Origin: a virus
Strand: one strand, 5' to 3'
Length of the DNA: 64,000 bases
IMG/VR virus record: IMGVR_UViG_3300049215_000802
Location: 14,533-78,532 of that record
Within the stretch, counting starts at the first letter, position 1. Each line of letters starts with the position of its first letter. The notes under the pieces are model-generated. The model saw only the letters and a program-made list of their open reading frames with translations. It did no database searches and was not told where the DNA came from. The position numbers were made by a program, and so were the translations under genes. This document shows, in pieces, positions 27,828-34,781 of this stretch.

Positions 27828-27980
27828 CTAAAATCGCTCCCGACACTTGGCACAAATGCCGTGGCTGACCAGTTCTGTGTCGGCCGGCACGCGCCCTGTG
27901 GTTGTGCCGTCGCCGTTCATCTCGAGGCCGCACCAGGCGCAGGCGTAGATGATTCCGCCGGCGTCCACACGGTCTTGCAC
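27828..27980 (-). CDS. Small Cys-rich protein (CAWC...SHGICxxC)
   Basis: Conserved-looking Zn motif; overlaps the 3' end of the Com-like gene in another frame; start uncertain. Confidence 0.5.
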   Translation of the reverse strand: MQDRVDAGGIIYACAWCGLEMNGDGTTTGRVPADTELVSHGICAKCRERF

Positions 27981-28102
27981 TTCTCGCAGCGGATCCCGCG
28001 AATCACTCCCCAGAGTTCGCGACCCCGGTGCAGAACCACCACCTGACCACCACTGATCTGCCCGAGCAGGTTGTTGCATGTCGCGCATCGAATCCACGCC
28101 AC
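27917..28102 (-). CDS. Com-like zinc-ribbon regulator
   Basis: WIRCATCNNLLG...IRCEKCKTVW, the Mu Com-type CxxC...CxxC pattern; GTG start. Confidence 0.6.
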   Translation of the reverse strand: MAWIRCATCNNLLGQISGGQVVVLHRGRELWGVIRGIRCEKCKTVWTPAESSTPAPGAASR

Positions 28103-28114
28103 GCCAGATTCAGA

Positions 28115-28163
28115 CAAAGAAAAAGCCGTCAGCTCAGGACGTGATTCGTCCAAAACTGACGGC
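28115..28163 (-). terminator. Terminator/attenuator-like hairpin at the start of the late operon
   Basis: GCCGTCAG-[GGACG-aatca-CGTCC]-CTGACGGC followed by TTTTTCTTTG on the minus strand. Confidence 0.5.
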
Positions 28164-28254
28164 AGAACAGCCGTGCGTGTTTCCGACATTGTAGCACACT
28201 CCCAAGCGCCGTTCTATAGTCCAGCCGCTAGACAGCCAAAGCCCCAAAAAAGAG

Positions 28255-28397
28255 AGGACAGTGAGGATTCGGACCCCCAGGGCTCCATCACCAGGCTGAC
28301 GGAGAGGCTAGCCGTCCGAGAAGCAGTGTGCGTTGCCACCCAAGCCAGACGCACACCCCCAGCCACTTCGGCATCGCTCCAAGCGACCACCTGTCCC
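28255..28397 (-). ncRNA. Candidate tRNA-like structured ncRNA (143 nt)
   Basis: 7-bp GGGACAG/CTGTCCT closing stem, T-arm-like GGGGG-TCCGAAT-CCTCA, three internal hairpins, downstream U-tract. Confidence 0.4.
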
Positions 28398-28409
28398 ACG
28401 ATCACCGCG

Positions 28410-29012
28410 TTACTTCACCGGCCAAGGCAACCCAAAGTCGCGGCGCTTAAGCTTGACCATATCAGGATCAGCACTCCTATCTCGATGCCACACGATGCCT
28501 TCGACATTCGGATGTACCGAGAGCCACTCTCGAATACCTGCAAAGTCACGCGGCACATCGTCTAAAACAGTTTCACCGTGTCGCCACAGCGCGTGTTTTG
28601 CCAAGCCGTAGGGATTGCCCTGCACTTTTGGTCCGACAAGTTCGTAGGTACCTTCGGCCGGCCCGATGTACTCGGTTACTTCACCATCGAACGTTGGATG
28701 ATATGCGGATATCCACGCTTCGCGAAACCACTGATCTTCCGTTCCTTCACCAACTTTCAGCCAGCCCGGCCAGTGGCCAGTAACCGGGTCAGGCTCCTGT
28801 GCAGGTACAAATCCCGTTGGCGGCTGTTTGCCTTTCTTGGCATCGTAACGCTTGAACAACGCACCATCTTCCACGAGGCAGCACGTGCCATCGTACTTTT
28901 CGGATGCAAAACCTTCCCCATCTACGACCCACTCAGCGCCCGGTACGATTTCATCGCGTACCAATCGATCGCCATCGTAATTGCGCGCAAACAAACTGAT
29001 GATTTTCTTCAT
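28410..29012 (-). CDS. ATP-dependent RNA ligase-like protein (DUF5565 / Rlig1-type)
   Basis: Nucleotidyltransferase motifs EKYDGT, YELVGPKVQGNP, EGIVWH, MVKLKRRDF. Confidence 0.8.
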   Translation of the reverse strand: MKKIISLFARNYDGDRLVRDEIVPGAEWVVDGEGFASEKYDGTCCLVEDGALFKRYDAKKGKQPPTGFVPAQEPDPVTGHWPGWLKVGEGTEDQWFREAWISAYHPTFDGEVTEYIGPAEGTYELVGPKVQGNPYGLAKHALWRHGETVLDDVPRDFAGIREWLSVHPNVEGIVWHRDRSADPDMVKLKRRDFGLPWPVK

Positions 29013-29030
29013 TGCACCTGTCCCACGAGA

Positions 29031-29420
29031 TTAGGATGATTCCGATGGTTTCAACACTTCCGCGCCAAGGGCGTCGACCGCGAGACGGCGCTTATCAGTC
29101 TTGTCCTGCCAATCTCGCGTTAGTTGGATGTACTCGCGAGGGCGCTTCGTTGGATCACCCTTGAATGCCCTAACTGCTCGCTCTGCCTCTCGCTCAATTT
29201 GGCACGCCTCAACTACCGCTCGCCACCGCTCGATCATCGCGCGGGCCGTGGCGAGGTCGCGTTGAGCCATGGCGAGCGTGGCGTAGATGGCCCCGCCGTC
29301 AATGTCGTCGCAGTAGTAACGTTCGCTTCGGATCAGGTCCAGAAGATCGCCAATTGGCTCGGCGTCCACGTCGGTTGGCTCTTTTGTCCAGGGCTTCGAG
29401 TACAGATCATCTCGCGGCAC
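29031..29420 (-). CDS. Hypothetical protein
   Basis: Coupled ORF in accessory cluster; GTG start. Confidence 0.45.
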   Translation of the reverse strand: MPRDDLYSKPWTKEPTDVDAEPIGDLLDLIRSERYYCDDIDGGAIYATLAMAQRDLATARAMIERWRAVVEACQIEREAERAVRAFKGDPTKRPREYIQLTRDWQDKTDKRRLAVDALGAEVLKPSESS

Positions 29421-29949
29421 TCCGTTCCCCTCCTTGCCCCTCGCCCGTGGCTGGCTGGCCGAGAGCGGCACGTATCGCATCGCGTAGTTCGATCAGTGCA
29501 GGTTCACGCCACGTACTGACGCCAAGGCCCCAACCGTTGTCGGCAATGTGGACGTGAAACCATCCGTCTTTTCCAAGGTTAACGCTCGCAGTGTCAGCGC
29601 CCTCCGCTACGGCCTTTTTCGCCGCCTTGTCAGCATCTTCGCGTTTGACGTAAGATTCCCAACGATGTTTCGGCATCTTGAACGGCTGACCGGCTTTCGC
29701 TGCATCAACCGCTTTCTGCCACGTCGCCCGTTCTGCCTCGGTTGAGCACTCAGGATCGGGCTTGAAGTCGCGCGGGTCTTCCACGTGTGCGCCACCGTAT
29801 GTTTCGGATTCGGCCTCCATCTCAACCAGTGGCAGCGCCTTTGCGAGCAATTCCTCGAGAGTTGTCATTCTCGCCACCGCGCACTCGTGATGCCGTGGGT
29901 CGCGCCAGCAGGTGGGGGAGTGGGTCATTTGCATGCCGTCGAGGTTCAT
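29407..29949 (-). CDS. Hypothetical protein
   Basis: ATGA-coupled ORF, 180 aa. Confidence 0.5.
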   Translation of the reverse strand: MNLDGMQMTHSPTCWRDPRHHECAVARMTTLEELLAKALPLVEMEAESETYGGAHVEDPRDFKPDPECSTEAERATWQKAVDAAKAGQPFKMPKHRWESYVKREDADKAAKKAVAEGADTASVNLGKDGWFHVHIADNGWGLGVSTWREPALIELRDAIRAALGQPATGEGQGGERSAAR

Positions 29950-30557
29950 CGTCGTGCCTCAACGAGCACTTGCCGTGAGTGACTTTTCGCTGTCGAGCGA
30001 ATGATAGTAGCCGTTGTCAGCACGCCCCCAACAACCGCGAAAATGACGAGCGCAATAGCCAGGATAACGGCTGCTGCCCCCAACTCACCCTCTTCGCTGT
30101 CGCTGCTGGAATCAGACCCTTTGAACAGATCACCGATGGCACTGAACACACCTGGTAGCGATTCGATCGCCTCGTAAGTGTTGTAAACCTGCGCGAAAGT
30201 GTTGTAGCCGGCTGCCGCGATATTTCCGAATGATCGTGTACGCCACGCCGTTGCCCACGAATCGAGAGCGATAGCTAGACCTGAGCCTAGGACGGGCAGA
30301 ATAATGATGGCATAGCCAAGCGCCACCATTCCGCTCACTTGGCGTGGCCCCAAAAGACCAGCAGCCTGAGCAACAATAGCCAGCACGATCAGATAGACCC
30401 AGGTGAAACCGCACGCGCTCATTGTCGCGCCCATCCACGACATAAAGCGTGCCCATCCGCCCATTTTCTTGGTTTCCGCCCAGGACTTACCTACCGTGTA
30501 GGCATTAAGCCAACTGATGCCAAAGTTAAGGACCATCAAGACGGCAATCACAAACAC
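29946..30557 (-). CDS. Multi-pass membrane protein
   Basis: About four hydrophobic helices. Confidence 0.6.
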   Translation of the reverse strand: MFVIAVLMVLNFGISWLNAYTVGKSWAETKKMGGWARFMSWMGATMSACGFTWVYLIVLAIVAQAAGLLGPRQVSGMVALGYAIIILPVLGSGLAIALDSWATAWRTRSFGNIAAAGYNTFAQVYNTYEAIESLPGVFSAIGDLFKGSDSSSDSEEGELGAAAVILAIALVIFAVVGGVLTTATIIRSTAKSHSRQVLVEARR

Positions 30558-30568
30558 CTTTTTTCTCC

Positions 30569-30826
30569 CTACACCTGATAATGTTCCACCACATTCGTCA
30601 ACCCGTCCTCGCGGGTCGTGGCACGCTGGCGCATATGCGGATAGATTGCTAAGTAGCGTTCATCCGACCACATACAGTCATCGCAGATAACCGTTTCACC
30701 AGGGTTCGCGAATTGTGAGCACATCCCATCCGGCGAGATGCGGTAGAAGCCGCTCGTGGCCGTCTTGTCCTCATAGCCGTCGACTTGGCGACCACAGCGC
30801 GAGCAGGTAACAGTGAGATCAGGCAT
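30569..30826 (-). CDS. Small Cys-rich protein
   Basis: CSRC...ICDDC zinc-type motif; GGAGG RBS. Confidence 0.5.
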   Translation of the reverse strand: MPDLTVTCSRCGRQVDGYEDKTATSGFYRISPDGMCSQFANPGETVICDDCMWSDERYLAIYPHMRQRATTREDGLTNVVEHYQV

Positions 30827-30835
30827 TGCAACCTC

Positions 30836-31273
30836 CTAAAGTCGATCAGCGCACAGTAGTTCGAGATCGTGGGCGCGTTTTCGCCACCCGTCGCGGCTTT
30901 CCGTAATCTGGGCCAGCGTCGCCTCGGCACCGCGTACGTAGTTACCGTAAGCCTCGCGGAGCTTCGCTAATTCTTCGCTAGTCTGCTCCCAAAGCTTGAC
31001 GTAAGCATCGCGGTCAGAGGCTGCCTTCTTTGCTAGGCTCATCGTCTCGTCATTGCGGAGTTCCAGTACCGCCTTGTCCCGCGTAACCGCCACGAGGTCA
31101 GCGGTCAGCGTGGCGATAGCACGCTGGTCCTGCTCCCGCTGGGCTTCGAGGAAGCGGTATCGCCTAAATATGGCGTTCATCGGATGGTCTAGACGGCGAA
31201 TGGTTGATTGATACTGCTCCTCGTCACGCAGCCAGCGTTCTTGTTCCTCGGTCAGCCGTGGCTCATCGCTCAT
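30836..31273 (-). CDS. Coiled-coil hypothetical protein
   Basis: Heptad-rich; GGAGGGACCG start motif. Confidence 0.5.
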   Translation of the reverse strand: MSDEPRLTEEQERWLRDEEQYQSTIRRLDHPMNAIFRRYRFLEAQREQDQRAIATLTADLVAVTRDKAVLELRNDETMSLAKKAASDRDAYVKLWEQTSEELAKLREAYGNYVRGAEATLAQITESRDGWRKRAHDLELLCADRL

Positions 31274-31508
31274 CGGTCCCTCCCGCCATATCTAGTGGCG
31301 CTTCAGGCCAGGTGTATCGGCAGTTTTGACACTGGCGCTCAATGTGCTCGACGTAATCCGCGAAAAATCCTCGCATTGGCGGCTTAGCGTGGCAACCACA
31401 GGAGACAGGCCAGCCATCAGTCCTGCGTCCGTTGTAAAATCGAGTCTTTATATCAGTGTTCCCGCACTTTGGGCACGTTGCGAACTCTTGAAACGGTTTA
31501 AGTGGCAT
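31263..31508 (-). CDS. Zinc-ribbon protein
   Basis: CPKCG...CQNC; GGAGGGACCG start motif. Confidence 0.5.
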   Translation of the reverse strand: MPLKPFQEFATCPKCGNTDIKTRFYNGRRTDGWPVSCGCHAKPPMRGFFADYVEHIERQCQNCRYTWPEAPLDMAGGTDER

Positions 31509-31704
31509 CGGTCCCTCCCTGCATTCTCGGACCCCTCGCTTCCTCCATCTTGAACTTCGCATATTCTCGTGCGCGCTCTTCCGCAAGCGGTCCACTGAAG
31601 ATGGCAACAAAGATTGCCCCAGCATCATATTCGCCGTCATGGTCAATTGCGTTCGCACACCACTCGCCGGGGTGTTGATCGCATTCAAAGACTTCGTACA
31701 CCAT
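31498..31704 (-). CDS. Small hypothetical protein
   Basis: ATGA overlap; WCANAIDHDGE...AIFSGPLAEERAREYA. Confidence 0.5.
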   Translation of the reverse strand: MVYEVFECDQHPGEWCANAIDHDGEYDAGAIFVAIFSGPLAEERAREYAKFKMEEARGPRMQGGTDAT

Positions 31705-31883
31705 CAGTGCGTCCCTACCCCCGTTGATCTCGTATCCAGGTGAATATGAATCGGCAGGCACGGCAAGAGGCAAAACCACACGTCAGTCACACGCGGGTCG
31801 TCGATGCCGTTCTTCCAAAACACGCCAATCCAGAAGTCTTGCGGCTTGAACTCCAAGCGAATCCAGAAGCGCCCGCTACCCAT
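31704..31883 (-). CDS. Small hypothetical protein
   Basis: FKPQDFWIGVFW...CLLPCLPI; GGAGGGACCG start motif. Confidence 0.5.
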   Translation of the reverse strand: MGSGRFWIRLEFKPQDFWIGVFWKNGIDDPRVTDVWFCLLPCLPIHIHLDTRSTGVGTH

Positions 31884-32619
31884 CGGTCCCTCCCGCCGCA
31901 GCCGTGCGCGCGGCACGCAGCGCATCGACGGCGGCTAGTAGATCAGCAACGAGCTTTGCCCCTTCGTCGGGCACCTTGACCACTCCCTCGAAGTCTTTGG
32001 GCAAGCCATACAACACTACGAGGTAAGGCCCAGTCGTTTGATGCGAGACGTGCGTCCCTAATCTCTCAGCGCACGCGATCACCGCACCCGCGAGGGCGGC
32101 GAGCGGGGTAGCGGCGAGGGCATTGGCGCTTACACGTTGGAGCGACGTATCTTCGTCAATCTCATCGTCGGCACCGTCGGGATACTTGGCGACATACTTA
32201 GGCACGTCGAGTGTTGTGAAGTCGTGATGCCGTTGCAGCGCCTCCCTCAGCACCGCCTCCTCGCCCAGCGCTCGATCCCGCTCGGACATTACCCGTCCGA
32301 GGCTATCGGCAGCGTTGCTCAATTCACAGCGGTACGTATCCCGCTCGGCCTCGACGGTGGCGAGGCGGGCGCGGAGGTCGGCAATCTCTTGGGTATCGCC
32401 ATGCTCAAAGCGATCTATCGCCTCCTGCACCGTTCTGAATGGCCCTTCCCACCGGTGCTCTTCGCCTTTCTTCCAGTAGACGAGGTAGAAGCCATCCGTT
32501 TTCCGGCCCAGGTCAATTGTTTCGATAACATCCTCACCATCGCCGATCTCGTTAAGAGGAATCAGGTTCCCTGGATCGATACTGTTGAGGAAAGTCCAAT
32601 CCCATTCAATCTCGCTCAT
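31876..32619 (-). CDS. Hypothetical protein with coiled coil
   Basis: ATGA overlap, RBS. Confidence 0.45.
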   Translation of the reverse strand: MSEIEWDWTFLNSIDPGNLIPLNEIGDGEDVIETIDLGRKTDGFYLVYWKKGEEHRWEGPFRTVQEAIDRFEHGDTQEIADLRARLATVEAERDTYRCELSNAADSLGRVMSERDRALGEEAVLREALQRHHDFTTLDVPKYVAKYPDGADDEIDEDTSLQRVSANALAATPLAALAGAVIACAERLGTHVSHQTTGPYLVVLYGLPKDFEGVVKVPDEGAKLVADLLAAVDALRAARTAAAGGTDG

Positions 32620-32885
32620 CGTCCCTCGCCTCGCGCATGGCCCCCCCGTTGATGCCGATACCTCAGCTCTCGATCCAAAGCTTTGCAGGCGTTTGAATAC
32701 TTGTAGATCAAGGCACACGCACGCCTAGCGGTAAGTCGATCCGACCCACTGTCGATCAACCGCTCCACTGCGACGTCACACCTCTCCTGGCACTCGACCA
32801 GACGTAAACGAAGATCGAACGTCTCGGCAGTATCGGGCCATCGCTCCGGTGTCGTGCCCCACCGCGTGCCTTGGGGCAGGCTCAT
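32616..32885 (-). CDS. Hypothetical protein
   Basis: ATGA-coupled ORF. Confidence 0.4.
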   Translation of the reverse strand: MSLPQGTRWGTTPERWPDTAETFDLRLRLVECQERCDVAVERLIDSGSDRLTARRACALIYKYSNACKALDRELRYRHQRGGHARGEGR

Positions 32886-33649
32886 GCCACCATCTCCTTT
32901 CGCCGCGACTTCGGAAACATCCGATCGGCTTGCGCGATGCGTGGACCATCAAGGCCCAGCTGCTTGCACCGATTCATCACCGATGTTGACGACCGCGCCA
33001 GTGCCACGGCCAGGTGGCACATCGGCTGATACGGTCGCCACGCGCGCAGAAACGCATCGTCGAGTGCGGAGAACCTCCAGAAGCGCTCCACGATGCGAGG
33101 CGCCTCGACCGGCGTCTCGTCAAGCCAGTCCGAGCGCACGACGTACGAGGTGTCCAGGCATTGAAGCGCTCGAATGTAGCCCTTCCCGATCCGCCAGAGC
33201 ACGGTTGCCTGCGTTAGTCCTAACCGTTGGCCGACGTCCTTCGTCGTCAAAAACGTCAGTCCGTGACGCACGTCGGTCGCGTGCTCACGCCAGTTCGCGT
33301 CTGTCATCGCCAAAGGTTCCCATTCGTGCCAGTGGACTTCGTTCTCGATGAAGTCGGTCAAATCTTGCTCGGTGATGATCCGAACCGTTCCTTTTCCCAC
33401 CGGAATCGACTGGCCGAACCACCCCGCGTCAAACCATCGGCACATCGTCATGAAGCCAACACCAAATAATCGTGCCAACCGAGCCCGTGTGTAGCCAGTC
33501 TCCTGTGCCGGTGCGAGCTGCTCACGAACCCGCTTCGCCTTGATCGAACCTGCCGACCGGTGCAGCCGCGCCGCTATTTGTCGATCGGTTTTGTTTTCCT
33601 CGACCAGCGATTCGAGGAGTTCTTGTTCTTCGGATGTCCAGTACCGCAC
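32882..33649 (-). CDS. Multi-HTH DNA-binding protein
   Basis: WTSEEQELL..RQIAARLHRS (Myb-like), TRARLARLFGVG, TTKDVGQRLGLT and a terminal LAVALARS HTH. Confidence 0.65.
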   Translation of the reverse strand: MRYWTSEEQELLESLVEENKTDRQIAARLHRSAGSIKAKRVREQLAPAQETGYTRARLARLFGVGFMTMCRWFDAGWFGQSIPVGKGTVRIITEQDLTDFIENEVHWHEWEPLAMTDANWREHATDVRHGLTFLTTKDVGQRLGLTQATVLWRIGKGYIRALQCLDTSYVVRSDWLDETPVEAPRIVERFWRFSALDDAFLRAWRPYQPMCHLAVALARSSTSVMNRCKQLGLDGPRIAQADRMFPKSRRKEMVA

Positions 33650-33846
33650 TATCTAGCCTCTTGCGCGCGCAAATCGCCGGTCCGCATGTGGCCGACGTGA
33701 TACCGCCGGCAGAACGGGCACTGGTAGACGTGGAGCCGGTCCGATCCTTTTCGGACCAATGCGTCCATCGCGTGCTCGGCGATCCGTGGATTGGTCCAGC
33801 CTTGCTTGGCGTCGCATTGACGGCGACGATAACGCTTTGAAGCCAT
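33649..33846 (-). CDS. Small Cys/His protein
   Basis: C...W.....A......YQCPFCRRYHVGH motif. Confidence 0.55.
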   Translation of the reverse strand: MASKRYRRRQCDAKQGWTNPRIAEHAMDALVRKGSDRLHVYQCPFCRRYHVGHMRTGDLRAQEAR

Positions 33847-33936
33847 TGAACGTCTGTAACTACCTCCTTGCTTCGATGAGCCCCAACCGGGCCATTCTGG
33901 CGCGTCTACCAGCCAATTTCACGCTAAATCCCACGA

Positions 33937-34218
33937 TCATTTGTTCTCCGATGATGATGCGATCGCCCCGATCGCGACCAGCGCCTCGTCGACGCTCGAC
34001 CAGAAGACAAGTGGCCAGCCCTCGGCTACCAGCGCGCGTTGCGCCTTCGTTCGCGGGGCTTTGGGGCCCGACTTGAAATCGACCAGGTACAGCCCTTTGC
34101 GAAACCAGACCAGCGCGTCGATGGTTCCGTTGATGAGCAGAACCCGCGCTCCCACCTGGCGCAACGCCGCGACGATCTCGCCCTGGTTGGCATCGAGTGA
34201 AACGCTGTATCGGCTCAT
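33937..34218 (-). CDS. VRR-NUC-like PD-(D/E)XK nuclease
   Basis: DANQGEIVAALRQVG...IDALV...LVDFK...TKAQ...SVDEAL. Confidence 0.65.
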   Translation of the reverse strand: MSRYSVSLDANQGEIVAALRQVGARVLLINGTIDALVWFRKGLYLVDFKSGPKAPRTKAQRALVAEGWPLVFWSSVDEALVAIGAIASSSENK

Positions 34219-34781
34219 CCGCGCAGCTCGCCCAGCAGCGTCTTGAGCCGGTCCGCATGCGGGAGTAGCTTCTCCTTGCGCCAGAATGCCCAGTCGCTCT
34301 CGCTGATCGTGCCGCGCTCGAGCTTGGCTCCGCCGGTTGACACCGCGACCAGCTGTGCCCCGAGACACCGGAAGCCATGGAGCGCTTGGAAGAGACCCTT
34401 CGGGTCGGCGCGATCGGAGCCAGTTGCGAACAGTAGTTGCACCCACAAATCGTGGTCATCGACGCGATCTGGACGCGGATCGGGCCAGCCCGGCCACGGA
34501 AGCAGCTCTTTGTTTTGTGCAGTTTTGGTGTTTTCTAGTGAATCGGTCGCCTGAGCGCTTACCACCTGCATCGGTGCAGTTGGCACGCCGTCAGTCGGAT
34601 TAGTCAAGAACGTTTGCTGGGTCGTCCTCTCCGCGCGCAACGCCTCGATGATGAGCCCCCGGTTCGCCGTAATGCGATCGCGCCACGCGCTATCAACCGA
34701 ACGCGGTCCGCGCGCAACGAGGCTGTCGCCATTCAGGGTGAAGATGATCCCGGCCGCGCGGGCTTCGGCGAGCAGGCTCAT
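34215..34781 (-). CDS. TubC-N-like docking domain protein adjacent to primase
   Basis: LLAEARAAGI.FTLNGDSL.ARGP...ITANR..IIEAL. Confidence 0.55.
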   Translation of the reverse strand: MSLLAEARAAGIIFTLNGDSLVARGPRSVDSAWRDRITANRGLIIEALRAERTTQQTFLTNPTDGVPTAPMQVVSAQATDSLENTKTAQNKELLPWPGWPDPRPDRVDDHDLWVQLLFATGSDRADPKGLFQALHGFRCLGAQLVAVSTGGAKLERGTISESDWAFWRKEKLLPHADRLKTLLGELRG

